Shown: piece by piece, positions 17,784-27,476 of the stretch
Layout: each line of letters starts with the position of its first letter
Numbering within the stretch: the stretch's first letter is position 1
Virus record (IMG/VR): IMGVR_UViG_2571042653_000011
Reading direction: 5' to 3' (one strand)
Length of the DNA: 45,293 nt
Source of the DNA: a virus
Taxonomy: Duplodnaviria; Heunggongvirae; Uroviricota; Caudoviricetes
Made by a program: the position numbers and the translations under genes
Notes under the pieces: generated by a model
The model's input: only the letters and a program-made list of their open reading frames with translations
Databases searched by the model: none
Told to the model about the DNA's origin: nothing

Positions 17784-18247
17784 GCAGAGTCGCCGCGATT
17801 ATTTATGCTCTGGTTATCTGCATCATCGTCTGCCTGTCGTGGGCGGTCAATCATTACCGTGATAACGCCATCGCCTATAAAGAACAGCGTGATAAAAAAG
17901 TCAGTGAGCTGAAGCAGGCGACCGCCACCATTACTGACATGCAGCAGCGCCAGCGTGCTGCTGATGCACTCGATGCTAAATACACGAAGGAGTTAGCTGA
18001 TGCGAAAGCTAAAAATGATGCTCTTCGGCGCAAGCTTGATAATGGTGGTCGGGTGTTCGTCAAAGGAAAATGCCCTGTGCCATCCTCAGCCGAAACCTCC
18101 AGCGCCTCCGGCATGGGCAATGATGCCACCGTCGAACTCTCTCCAGTTGCTGGACGAAACGTTCTCGGTATCCGGGACGGAATTATCCGCGACCAAACAG
18201 CACTGAGAACGCTTCAGGAATACATCAGGACGCAATGCCTTCGATGA
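17765..18247 (+). CDS. Spanin inner-membrane subunit Rz
   Basis: N-terminal TM helix then coiled-coil; likely GTG start at 17780 overlapping the endolysin stop; contains Rz1 in the +1 frame. Confidence 0.7.
   Translation: MGDRSVSRVAAIIYALVICIIVCLSWAVNHYRDNAIAYKEQRDKKVSELKQATATITDMQQRQRAADALDAKYTKELADAKAKNDALRRKLDNGGRVFVKGKCPVPSSAETSSASGMGNDATVELSPVAGRNVLGIRDGIIRDQTALRTLQEYIRTQCLR
18000..18206 (+). CDS. Spanin outer-membrane lipoprotein Rz1 (embedded in Rz)
   Basis: 68 aa; lipobox VVGCSS; proline-rich; SD AAGGAG 8 nt before the ATG; fully inside Rz in another frame. Confidence 0.7.
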   Translation: MRKLKMMLFGASLIMVVGCSSKENALCHPQPKPPAPPAWAMMPPSNSLQLLDETFSVSGTELSATKQH

Positions 18248-18420
18248 TAGCGATAATTTTACTCATCATCCTTCACATCTGGCTCTGTAGACAGGATGGT
18301 GATCACTTCTGGAGTGAATCCAGATTAAACATCTCATTGCTGATGCTTGATATTGAGCATCTTGCGCGCGGTAAGGGGCTGCGTTGAGATAAGAGCCAGT
18401 CATTACAAATACCAGGATTT

Positions 18421-18482
18421 AGCCTCGCATTCGCGGGGCTTTTTATTGCCATTACAAAAGCCACTCCCTACAGAGTGGCTTT
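18421..18482 (+). terminator. Tandem hairpin terminator candidates downstream of the lysis cassette
   Basis: Hairpin at 18421-18440 followed by TTTTATT; second hairpin (stems 18460-18466 and 18473-18479) flanked by A and T runs. Confidence 0.45.
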
Positions 18483-18601
18483 GATAATGGCTTATACCCT
18501 GCACGGGATAACTTAACTGATATCCCTTTTAACGGATAAACGGAGCCAACAATGGCAGAGAATGTCGGCATTATGGCAGTGAAATTTGGATTAATCGGGG
18601 A

Positions 18602-18724
18602 TTAGAAAGATAGAGGCGAGCCGGTCAGGTAGAAATGAATCAGGCTCAAAGTGAAGCGGAAAAGGTCTGTGGCACAAACTGATGCTGCCATAATTACAGC
18701 CTGATGACTTGTGGAATGAAACAT
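18602..18724 (-). CDS. Small hydrophobic ORF (40 aa) with consensus ribosome-binding site
   Basis: Minus-strand ATG preceded by AAGGAGG at 6 nt; predicted hydrophobic core; hand-translated; no family recognised. Confidence 0.3.
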   Translation of the reverse strand: MFHSTSHQAVIMAASVCATDLFRFTLSLIHFYLTGSPLSF

Positions 18725-18803
18725 GTTGAACCTCCTTAATTGATGTTATTCGAGTGAGGAAGGCATTCTGTCCTCCTATACTGTCCAGTAAATCAAACAG
18801 GAA

Positions 18804-18827
18804 GCTTGTCTCACGTGTGAGACAAGC
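18804..18827. repeat. Perfect 11-bp inverted repeat (palindrome with 2-bp centre)
   Basis: GCTTGTCTCAC-GT-GTGAGACAAGC; candidate protein-binding site or hairpin in the gene-poor gap. Confidence 0.5.
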
Positions 18828-19269
18828 CTCTCCATTAGCGAGTTGTATTGATCACAACTCTTCAAAGAATTCATTACTGGGTAGATGAAAATAGTTTCAC
18901 GATGAATGGAGGAGGCTATGTTGGTGGCTTCTTCATTGGAGTACATATGCCCCCACGAACCCCAAAAACCTGCCGTGTTCGCGGCTACCGCAATACCACC
19001 ACAGATCCGTCAGGCTATTGCAAAAGCCACAAAAGCGAAGGCTGGAAGCAATACAAGCCGGGCCAGTCCTGTCATCAGCGCGGTTATGGTTCGCGGGGTT
19101 GTCCCTCATGCTCGCCAGTCCTGTGCGGGGGTGGAAGAAACAGGACACTCACACTAATTTGTGTGGGCATGCTGTGATGTCCTTCTGAATTATCCCCACG
19201 CCATTATGTAAAGCTCTGTTTCAGATGCTCGTCACGGTTGTCAGGCTGTCGGGTCCTCCCTGTGGGGGG

Positions 19270-19300
19270 CCCTGCCACGGGGCGGGAGCGTCGCGGAAAA
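19270..19300. other. cos-like site (cosN candidate)
   Basis: CACGGGGCGGGAGCGTCGCGG resembles the lambda cohesive-end sequence as recalled; about 170 bp upstream of the small terminase gene, followed by an A/T-rich stretch. Confidence 0.4.
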
Positions 19301-19463
19301 AGGCTAGTTTTTGCATTTCCATGGCGGCGGCAGCATGTTTGGTAATTTATTGATAATTAAAAGTTATTTCCCTTTTCACCTGTACAATATTTTTTTCTTC
19401 CTGTCATTAGACCAGTTTGCAATTAATTGAAATATATAAATAAACCTGATTTTCACCTGCCAG

Positions 19464-20003
19464 ATGGAGTTGCTTATGTCAAATGTGAGCGGGATCGGTG
19501 ATGCTTATTACTGGAGTGTTTTTAAAATCGCCGAGGCCTTTGGGCTTCACCGGGACACAGTAAAAAAACGGCTCCTCGCGGCCAACACTCCTGTGGCTGC
19601 GACTGTCAGGGGGAACCCCGTTTACGCCCTGCAGCATGTCGGGCCCGCCCTGTTTAGTGTGAAGCATGAGGCAGCAGACTCTGTTCATGATCCATCCCGT
19701 ATGGAGCCGAAAGAGAGAAAGGACTGGTACCAGTCTGAAAATGAAAGGATCAAGCTGGAAAAGGAGCAGCGAAAACTCATCCCAGTTGATGAAGTAGTCA
19801 TCGTCTATTCGTCCATGAGAAAGGCTGTCGTCCAGGTTCTGGAGACAATTCCGGATGTTCTTGAACGCGATTGCGCTCTGACTCCTCAGGCCGTCGGCGT
19901 TGTACAGCAGGCCATTGATGACCTGCGATACACTCTTCAGGAAAAATCCTACGAGGCTTGTGCTGCTGAATTAATTCCTGATGAGGAAGGAGAGAGTCTC
20001 TAG
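19464..20003 (+). CDS. Terminase small subunit (Nu1-like)
   Basis: 179 aa; N-terminal HTH-like region; directly precedes the large subunit; alternative ATG at 19476. Confidence 0.7.
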   Translation: MELLMSNVSGIGDAYYWSVFKIAEAFGLHRDTVKKRLLAANTPVAATVRGNPVYALQHVGPALFSVKHEAADSVHDPSRMEPKERKDWYQSENERIKLEKEQRKLIPVDEVVIVYSSMRKAVVQVLETIPDVLERDCALTPQAVGVVQQAIDDLRYTLQEKSYEACAAELIPDEEGESL

Positions 20004-20011
20004 GAGGAATA

Positions 20012-22111
20012 ATGGGTTTTTCATCAGCCCGAAATTTGGGAAGGGACATATCGGCAGGATTTTCCCCACCACGTCGCATGCCGATTTCGGAGGCTGTTAA
20101 AAAATTCATGCGTGTTCCCAAGGGGGCTGGTAACTCGGTGCCATGGGATCCTGAACTGACACCCTACATCATTGAGCCCATGAACTGCCTGGCATCGCGT
20201 GAATACGATGCGGTGATTTTTGTTGGTCCTGCGCGAACAGGGAAGACCATTGGTCTGATCGATGGATGGATTGTCTATACCATCGTTTGCGATCCTTCGG
20301 ACATGCTCGTTGTGCAGATGACCGAAGATAAGGCCCGCGAGCATTCTAAAAAGCGCCTCGACAGAACGTTCAGAAGCAGTGCGGCGGTAAAGAAAAGAAT
20401 GAGTCCACGTCGTAACGACAATAATGTCCATGATAAGACGTTCAGGGATGGCTCGTTCCTTAAAATTGGTTGGCCCTCGGTCAACATTATGTCGTCGTCG
20501 GATTACCGGTTTGTCGCCTTAACCGATTACGACCGTTTTCCGGAGAATATCGACAGCGAGGGTGATGGTTTCTCCCTGGCCTCAAAACGTACCACCACAT
20601 TTATGTCCGCCGGGATGACTCTGGTGGAGAGCTCGCCGGGACGTGACATCTGCGACAGCAAATGGCGACGTAAGTCGCCTCATGAAGCGCCACCGACGAC
20701 TGGTATTCTTTCCCTTTACAATCGTGGTGACCGCCGCCGCTGGTACTGGCCATGTCCGCACTGCGGTGAATATTTTCAGCCAGCTATGGATGCCATGACC
20801 GGCTACCGTAATGAACCGGATCCCTTTAAAGCCAGTGAGGCGGCGTATCTACTTTGCCCGCACTGCAGCGGCATTATCACTGCGGAGAAAAAGCGTGAGC
20901 TCAATAGTGCAGGAGTCTGGTTGCGTGAAGGTCAGGTCATTGATCGTAACGGCAACGTTTCCGGTGAACCGCGCCGCTCCCGTATCGCCAGTTTCTGGAT
21001 GGAAGGGCCAGCTGCTGCGTATCAGACCTGGGCGCAACTGGTTTACAAATTACTGACTGCAGAACAGGAGTATGAAGCGACAGGAAGCGAAGAAACACTC
21101 AGGGCGGTTATCAACACCGACTGGGGATTGCCTTATCTTCCTCGTGCCAGCATGGAGCAACGAAAAAGTGAACTGCTTGAGCAGCGGGCAGAGCCAGTTC
21201 CTTCCTGCAGTGTGCCGGATGGCGTTAATTTCCTTGTGGCGACAGTGGATGTGCAGGCGGGACGTCATCGCCGTTTTGTGGTTCAGGTAACTGGCTATGG
21301 CAGTCGTGGCGAACGCTGGATTATTGATCGTTACAATATCACGCAGTCATTGCGCAGTGACTGCGACGGGGAGAGCCAGCGAATTGATCCGGCCAGCTAT
21401 CCGGAAGACTGGGATGTCCTGCTGACGGATGTTTTTCATAAAAGCTGGCCGCTGGCCTCCGATCCTTCTCAACAAATGCGACTGATGGCAATGGCGGTGG
21501 ACTCCGGCGGTGAAGACGGGGTCACTGATAATGCCTATAAATTCTGGCGTCGTTGCCGTCGTGATGGCCTTGGTAAACGTATTTACCTGTTTAAGGGCGA
21601 CAGCATCCGGCGCGCAAAACTGATCACCCGTACATTCCCTGATAACACCGGACGAACGGGCCGACGGGCGCAGGCCGCAGGTGATGTGCCGCTCTGGCTT
21701 CTTCAGACGGATGCACTGAAAGACCGGGTGAATAACGCGTTATGGCGTGACTCGCCAGGTCCCGGCTATGTGCATTTCCCTGACTGGCTGGGGAGCTGGT
21801 TTTACGACGAACTGACGTATGAAGAGCGGAGCAGTGACGGGAAATGGAGTAAGCCGGGTCGCGGTGCCAACGAAGCTTTTGACCTGATGGTGTATGCCGA
21901 GGCTCTGGTCATTCTGCATGGATACGAAAAGATCCGCTGGCCGGATGCACCGGAGTGGGCGAGCCGGGAAACCTGGCTGGAGTGTGTCCCGGACAGTACC
22001 GAACCGTCACCCTCACCGGAACCGGTATCCACGCCTGTTAAAAAACAAAAACGGAAGAAAACAGTAACTGACGATGTTAACCCCTGGCTGACTTCCGGAG
22101 GATGGTTATGA
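20012..22111 (+). CDS. Terminase large subunit (GpA-like)
   Basis: 699 aa; Walker A VGPARTGKT; strong SD GGAGG; typical size. Confidence 0.9.
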   Translation: MGFSSARNLGRDISAGFSPPRRMPISEAVKKFMRVPKGAGNSVPWDPELTPYIIEPMNCLASREYDAVIFVGPARTGKTIGLIDGWIVYTIVCDPSDMLVVQMTEDKAREHSKKRLDRTFRSSAAVKKRMSPRRNDNNVHDKTFRDGSFLKIGWPSVNIMSSSDYRFVALTDYDRFPENIDSEGDGFSLASKRTTTFMSAGMTLVESSPGRDICDSKWRRKSPHEAPPTTGILSLYNRGDRRRWYWPCPHCGEYFQPAMDAMTGYRNEPDPFKASEAAYLLCPHCSGIITAEKKRELNSAGVWLREGQVIDRNGNVSGEPRRSRIASFWMEGPAAAYQTWAQLVYKLLTAEQEYEATGSEETLRAVINTDWGLPYLPRASMEQRKSELLEQRAEPVPSCSVPDGVNFLVATVDVQAGRHRRFVVQVTGYGSRGERWIIDRYNITQSLRSDCDGESQRIDPASYPEDWDVLLTDVFHKSWPLASDPSQQMRLMAMAVDSGGEDGVTDNAYKFWRRCRRDGLGKRIYLFKGDSIRRAKLITRTFPDNTGRTGRRAQAAGDVPLWLLQTDALKDRVNNALWRDSPGPGYVHFPDWLGSWFYDELTYEERSSDGKWSKPGRGANEAFDLMVYAEALVILHGYEKIRWPDAPEWASRETWLECVPDSTEPSPSPEPVSTPVKKQKRKKTVTDDVNPWLTSGGWL

Positions 22112-22320
22112 ACCAGAATGATATCGAAGCCATGATTCAGCGTTATACGGAAGCTGAAATGGCGGTGCTGGACGGAAAATCCGTCACCTTTAATGGTCAG
22201 CAGATGACCATGGAAAACTTATCTGAGATCCGGCAGGGACGGCAGGAGTGGGAGCGCCGCCTTGCGGCTCTGATTACACGACGACGGGGGCATCCCGGGT
22301 ACCGGCTGGCGAGGTTCTGA
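22108..22320 (+). CDS. Head-tail joining protein W-like
   Basis: 70 aa from the ATG overlapping the terminase stop; SD GGAGG; position between terminase and portal as in lambda. Confidence 0.65.
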   Translation: MNQNDIEAMIQRYTEAEMAVLDGKSVTFNGQQMTMENLSEIRQGRQEWERRLAALITRRRGHPGYRLARF

Positions 22321-23828
22321 TGGCAATTCTTGATGATGTGATTGGCGTTTTTTCACCAGGATGGAAAGCGGCAAGGCTGCGTTCCCGGGCGGTGATCCAG
22401 GCTTATGAGGCCGTAAAAACGACGCGGACACACAAAGCCCGGCGGGAAAACCGAACTGCCGACCAGTTAAGCCTCTACGGGGCCGTGTCGTTACGTGAGC
22501 AGGCCCGTTACCTTGATAACAACCACGATCTGGTCATTGGTGTATTTGACAAGCTGGAAGAACGGGTGGTGGGGAAAAACGGGATTATTGTCGAGCCACA
22601 TCCGGTATTACGCAATGGGGCCATTGCCCGTGATCTGGCAGCGGAGATACGCACCCGATGGAGTGAATGGTCTGTCAGTCCGGAAGTTACCGGGCAGTTT
22701 ACCCGTCCGATGCTGGAACGTCTGATGCTGCGTACCTGGCTGCGCGATGGTGAGGTGTTTGCCCAGATGGTTTCCGGGCGCATAAACAGCCTGACGCCTT
22801 CTGCCGGTGTTCATTTCTGGCTGGAGGCACTCGAGCCAGACTTTATTCCCATGACCAGTGATGAGAGCAACAGGCTGAATCAGGGCGTGTTTGTTGATGA
22901 CTGGGGGCGTCCCGAAAAATATCTGGTGTATAAAAGTCGTCCTGTATCCGGACGGCAGATGGAAACCAAAGAAGTGGATGCAGAGCGAATGCTGCATCTT
23001 AAATTTGTTCGCCGTCTGCACCAGATGCGCGGGACGTCTTTATTGTCCGGTGTGCTGATCCGCCTCAGTGCCCTGAAAGAATATGAAGATTCTGAGCTGA
23101 CTGCAGCAAGGATCGCTGCTGCTCTGGGGATGTACATCCGCAAAGGCGACGGACAGAGCTATGAAACGGATGGTAATGACAGCAAGGAGAATGAACGCGA
23201 GCTTACCATTCAGCCAGGCATTATTTACGACGATCTGAAACCCGGCGAAGAAATCGGAATGGTGAAGTCGGATCGCCCCAATCCTAACCTTGAAACTTTT
23301 CGTAATGGTCAGTTGCGTGCCGTGGCGGCGGGCAGTCGTCTGAGTTTTTCCAGTACAGCGCGCAACTATAACGGCACTTACAGCGCCCAGCGTCAGGAGC
23401 TGGTTGAATCCACTGATGGCTACCTGATCCTGCAGGACTGGTTTATTGGTGCCGTCACCCGCCCGATGTATCGTGCCTGGCTGAAACAGGCTGTGGCATC
23501 CGGTGTTATCAGGCTACCCCGCGATCTTGACCGTTCTTCACTGTATACCGCGGTGTATTCCGGACCGGTGATGCCGTGGATTGACCCTGTTAAGGAGGCT
23601 GAGGCCTGGAAAATTCAGATTCGTGGTGGAGCGGCGACAGAATCAGACTGGGTACGTGCAGGTGGTCGTAATCCGGATGATGTCAAACGTCGGCGCAAGG
23701 CAGAAATTGATGAAAACCGCAAGCTGGATCTGGTATTTGATACCGATCCGGCCAGTGATAAAGGAGGCAGCAGTGCCGCAACGAAACGACAGGAGCCGCA
23801 GCACACCGACGACCAGTCCGAAGAATAA
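22320..23828 (+). CDS. Portal protein (lambda family)
   Basis: About 502 aa from the ATG at 22320, which overlaps the W stop; size and position typical of lambda gpB. Confidence 0.85.
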   Translation: MAILDDVIGVFSPGWKAARLRSRAVIQAYEAVKTTRTHKARRENRTADQLSLYGAVSLREQARYLDNNHDLVIGVFDKLEERVVGKNGIIVEPHPVLRNGAIARDLAAEIRTRWSEWSVSPEVTGQFTRPMLERLMLRTWLRDGEVFAQMVSGRINSLTPSAGVHFWLEALEPDFIPMTSDESNRLNQGVFVDDWGRPEKYLVYKSRPVSGRQMETKEVDAERMLHLKFVRRLHQMRGTSLLSGVLIRLSALKEYEDSELTAARIAAALGMYIRKGDGQSYETDGNDSKENERELTIQPGIIYDDLKPGEEIGMVKSDRPNPNLETFRNGQLRAVAAGSRLSFSSTARNYNGTYSAQRQELVESTDGYLILQDWFIGAVTRPMYRAWLKQAVASGVIRLPRDLDRSSLYTAVYSGPVMPWIDPVKEAEAWKIQIRGGAATESDWVRAGGRNPDDVKRRRKAEIDENRKLDLVFDTDPASDKGGSSAATKRQEPQHTDDQSEE

Positions 23829-25800
23829 TTCCTGGTTCAGGATGCAGGCTGGTCACCAGAGTGACGCGGATATTTATATTTATGACGAGATTGGTTTCTG
23901 GGGTGTTACAGCGAAGCAGTTTATCAGTGATCTGAATGCACTGGGCGATATCACCCACATTAATCTCCATATCAATTCACCGGGTGGCGATGTCTTTGAA
24001 GGCATCGCCATTTTTAATGCGCTGAAAACACATGGTGCGTCCATTACCGTTTATGTCGACGGTGTGGCGGCGTCAATGGCGTCGGTCATTGCGATGGTGG
24101 GAAACCCGGTCATTATGCCGGAAAACACCTTCATGATGATTCATAAACCATTTGGCTTTACGGGCGGTGATGCGGAGGACATGCGCACCTATGCCGACCT
24201 GCTCGATAAAGTTGAGGCGGTTCTGTTACCCGCTTATGCACAGAAAACCGGGAAAACCACCGATGAAATTGCTGCCATGCTGGCGGATGAGACCTGGATG
24301 TCCGGTGCCGAATGTCTGGCACAGGGATTTGCTGATCAGGTGACGCCAGCCGTTAAGGCAATGGCATGTATTCAGTCAAAACGTACAGAGGAATTTAAAA
24401 AGATGCCGGAATCCATTCGAAACATGATTACTCCGCCACGTAACAGTGCTCCACGCGTACAGGATAATGAACCTGCAGCCTCCCGGACGCCAGTGCAGGC
24501 AGCAGCACCCGTGCTGGATGAAAACAGTATCCGTGCGCAGGTACTGGCAGAGCAAAAAGCGCGTGTAAACGGTATTAATGATCTGTTTGCCATGTTTGGC
24601 GGGCGTTATCAGACGCTGCAGGCTCAGTGCCTTGCCGATCCTGAATGTTCGCTGGAGCAGGCCCGCGAAAAGCTGTTGAACGAGATGGGGCGCGAGTCCA
24701 CGCCATCCAATAAAAATACCCCGGCTCATATTTATGCCGGTAACGGTAATTTTGTGGGGGACGGGATCCGCCAGGCGCTGATGGCGCGTGCCGGATTTGA
24801 AAAAACCGAACGTGATAATGTCTACAACGGGATGACTCTGCGTGAATATGCCCGTATGTCACTGACTGAACGGGGTATTGGTGTTTCCAGTTATAACCCG
24901 ATGCAGATGGTCGGTGCGGCGTTCACACACAGTACGTCTGACTTCGGTAATATTCTGCTGGATGTTGCGAACAAAGCCATTCTGCAGGGCTGGGAAGATG
25001 CCCCTGAAACCTATGAACAGTGGACGCGGAAAGGTCAGTTGTCTGATTTTAAAATTGCCCATCGTGTGGGTATGGGGGGCTTCAGTGCTCTGCGTAAGGT
25101 GCGTGAAGGGGCGGAATATAAATACGTCACCACCGGAGATAAACAGGCCACTATTGCACTGGCGACCTATGGCGAGCTGTTCAGTATCACCCGTCAGGCC
25201 ATTATCAATGATGATCTGAATATGCTGACCGATGTCCCGATGAAACTGGGCCGTGCGGCGAAATCCACTATTGCCGATCTGGTTTATGCCATTCTGACGT
25301 CTAACCCGAAAATCTCCACAGATAATGTAAGTCTGTTCGATAAAGCGAAACATGCAAACGTACTGGAGAGCGCTGCAATGGACGTGGCATCGCTGGATAA
25401 AGCCCGCCAGTTGATGCGCGTTCAGAAAGAGGGGGAGCGTCATCTGAATATTCGTCCTGCGTTCGTACTGGTACCGACGGCGATGGAGTCTGTTGCTAAC
25501 CAGGTCATTCGCTCCTCAAGTGTCAAGGGGGCTGACATTAACGCCGGTATTATTAACCCGGTGAAAGATTTTGCGACCGTTATTGCAGAGCCTCGTCTTG
25601 ATGATAACAGCCAGACCACTTTCTACCTGGCTGCGTCCAAAGGCTCCGATACGATTGAAGTGGCTTATCTCAACGGTGTGGATACGCCATATATTGATCA
25701 GATGGAGGGCTTCAGTGTGGATGGCGTGACAACGAAAGTGCGTATTGACGCCGGTGTCGCGCCAGTTGATCACCGCGGTCTGGTGAAATGTACGGCGTAA
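23773..25800 (+). CDS. Prohead protease (ClpP/S49-like) fused to major capsid protein
   Basis: N-terminal protease-like region (IYIYDEIGFWG ... SMASVIAMVG) continuous with a capsid-sized C-terminal domain; GTG at 23773 has consensus SD AAGGAGG at 5 nt; alternative ATG at 23842. Confidence 0.75.
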   Translation: MPQRNDRSRSTPTTSPKNNSWFRMQAGHQSDADIYIYDEIGFWGVTAKQFISDLNALGDITHINLHINSPGGDVFEGIAIFNALKTHGASITVYVDGVAASMASVIAMVGNPVIMPENTFMMIHKPFGFTGGDAEDMRTYADLLDKVEAVLLPAYAQKTGKTTDEIAAMLADETWMSGAECLAQGFADQVTPAVKAMACIQSKRTEEFKKMPESIRNMITPPRNSAPRVQDNEPAASRTPVQAAAPVLDENSIRAQVLAEQKARVNGINDLFAMFGGRYQTLQAQCLADPECSLEQAREKLLNEMGRESTPSNKNTPAHIYAGNGNFVGDGIRQALMARAGFEKTERDNVYNGMTLREYARMSLTERGIGVSSYNPMQMVGAAFTHSTSDFGNILLDVANKAILQGWEDAPETYEQWTRKGQLSDFKIAHRVGMGGFSALRKVREGAEYKYVTTGDKQATIALATYGELFSITRQAIINDDLNMLTDVPMKLGRAAKSTIADLVYAILTSNPKISTDNVSLFDKAKHANVLESAAMDVASLDKARQLMRVQKEGERHLNIRPAFVLVPTAMESVANQVIRSSSVKGADINAGIINPVKDFATVIAEPRLDDNSQTTFYLAASKGSDTIEVAYLNGVDTPYIDQMEGFSVDGVTTKVRIDAGVAPVDHRGLVKCTA

Positions 25801-25824
25801 ACGTCGCAGACAACAACTCTGATG

Positions 25825-25843
25825 GCCCGTAAGGGCTTTTTTT
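25825..25843 (+). terminator. Short intrinsic terminator or attenuator after the capsid gene
   Basis: GCCC-GTAA-GGGC followed by T7. Confidence 0.4.
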
Positions 25844-25886
25844 GTACCTGAAATCAGCCCCTGAACGGGGCTGTGCGGAGACAGTT

Positions 25887-26210
25887 ATGGCAAAGAATTT
25901 TGTAGAAGAAGGAAAAACGGTGGCGATTGTTGCCAGTGCAGCCATCAGCAGCGGAGATCTGGTGCAGGTGGGCGATGTTTTTGCGGTGGCGCTGACCGAT
26001 ATTCCACAGGGTGAAACAGGCGACGGCATGACCGAAGGTGTGTTTATGCTGCCTAAGCTGAAAACGGATGACATGAAAACGGGTAAGAAGGTTTATCTGA
26101 AGTCCGGAAAAGTTCAGCTGACTAACAGCGGCTCTGATCCGCTGGTCGGGGTTGTCTGGGCAGATGCCGGAACCAGTGCAGAAGAAGTGCCGGTAAAACT
26201 CAATGTCTGA
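25887..26210 (+). CDS. Small head protein (DUF2190-like, possible decoration protein)
   Basis: 107 aa from ATG 25887; immediately downstream of the capsid gene; family assignment tentative. Confidence 0.5.
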   Translation: MAKNFVEEGKTVAIVASAAISSGDLVQVGDVFAVALTDIPQGETGDGMTEGVFMLPKLKTDDMKTGKKVYLKSGKVQLTNSGSDPLVGVVWADAGTSAEEVPVKLNV

Positions 26211-26478
26211 TCCCTTTTCCCGGTTGGCAGCGCGTATGGATGCGATCACGGTCAGAAAGATGGGAAAGACAGCCTCGATTAATGATGTCGATATGGCTGT
26301 GATCCTGGGAGAAACACTGGCAGAGCTGAATGCTCTGTCCGGACCTGCGGTCTCTCTGGTGGTGTTTTCTTCGGGATACCGCCCACGGCGCGGGGATCGC
26401 GTTGTTTATGACGGACAACAATGGACGGTCACACGGCATGAACGCTTTAACGGTAAGCCAATGATCTTTATTGAGTAA
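26203..26478 (+). CDS. Head-tail attachment/head completion protein (FII-like position)
   Basis: 91 aa; ATG overlaps the upstream stop; position between head and tail genes. Confidence 0.45.
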   Translation: MSDPFSRLAARMDAITVRKMGKTASINDVDMAVILGETLAELNALSGPAVSLVVFSSGYRPRRGDRVVYDGQQWTVTRHERFNGKPMIFIE

Positions 26479-26489
26479 AGAGGTGTGGG

Positions 26490-27068
26490 ATGAAGGGGCT
26501 TGAGAATGCCATCCGCAATCTGAACAGCCTTGATACCCGTATGGTGCCACAGGCCAGCGCATGGGCGATAAACCGTGTGGCACAGAAAGCGGTCTCGGTT
26601 GCCACCCGGCAGGTTGCCGGGAATACCGTTGCGGGAGATAACCAGGTGAAAGGGATCCCCCTGAAACTGGTACGTCAGCGTGTCCGGGTGTTTAAAGCCA
26701 GTCCGTCAGGAAAAATGACGGCCAGGATCCGCGTTAACCGGGGCAATCTGCCCGCCATTAAGCTGGGGACAGCCCGGGTCAGACTGGCCCGGCGTGGTGG
26801 AAAACTGCAGTACCGTGGCAGTGTGCTGAAGGTGGGTAAATATCTTTTCCGGGATGCGTTTATTCAGCAACTGGCGAATGGTCGCTGGCATGTGATGCGG
26901 CGTATTGATGGCAAAAATCGTTACCCCATTGATGTGGTGAAAATCCCGCTGTCCGGACCGCTGACACAGGCATTTGAAGATGCCCGCGACCGCATCATTG
27001 CTGCGGAAATGCCGAAACAGCTGGGGTATGCACTGAAACAACAACTGAGGTTATGGCTGACCCGATGA
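26490..27068 (+). CDS. Minor tail protein Z-like
   Basis: 192 aa (same length as lambda gpZ by recall); SD AGAGGTG; precedes gpU. Confidence 0.55.
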   Translation: MKGLENAIRNLNSLDTRMVPQASAWAINRVAQKAVSVATRQVAGNTVAGDNQVKGIPLKLVRQRVRVFKASPSGKMTARIRVNRGNLPAIKLGTARVRLARRGGKLQYRGSVLKVGKYLFRDAFIQQLANGRWHVMRRIDGKNRYPIDVVKIPLSGPLTQAFEDARDRIIAAEMPKQLGYALKQQLRLWLTR

Positions 27069-27466
27069 ACCGACATACACAAATCCGCCAGGTCGTACTG
27101 GCACGCCTTCGGGAACAGTGTGGAGACAGCGCCACGTTTTTTGACGGGCTTCCGGCATTTGTTGATGCGCAGGAACTGCCTGCCGTGGCGGTGTGGCTGA
27201 GTGATGCTCAGTACACCGGAAAAATGACGGATGAAGATGACTGGCAGGCTGTTCTGCATATTGCTGTCTTCATCCGGGCACAGGCACCGGATTCAGAGCT
27301 GGATATGTGGATGGAGAGCACCATTTTCCCGGCCCTGAATGATGTACCGGCACTTTCCGGACTCATCGACACCCTGATCCCACTCGGTTTTAACTATCAA
27401 CGTGATAATGAGATGGCCACCTGGGCGATGGCGGAAATCACGTACCAGATCACGTACACGAATTAA
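27065..27466 (+). CDS. Tail terminator protein U
   Basis: 133 aa; strong resemblance to lambda gpU (ATFFDG ... PAVAV ... DSELD.WMES ... TY.ITY) from memory; ATGA overlap with Z. Confidence 0.8.
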   Translation: MNRHTQIRQVVLARLREQCGDSATFFDGLPAFVDAQELPAVAVWLSDAQYTGKMTDEDDWQAVLHIAVFIRAQAPDSELDMWMESTIFPALNDVPALSGLIDTLIPLGFNYQRDNEMATWAMAEITYQITYTN

Positions 27467-27476
27467 GGAGGTGGCA

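Noticed and set aside
18848-19177. Three mutually overlapping ORFs (71-109 aa) in the Rz-cos gap
   Set aside because: Low-complexity Gly/Pro/Arg-rich translations and mutually exclusive; none has a clear SD. Left unassigned; one could still be real.
24859-25443. 194-aa minus-strand ORF inside the capsid gene
   Set aside because: Antisense shadow ORF within the protease-capsid coding region.
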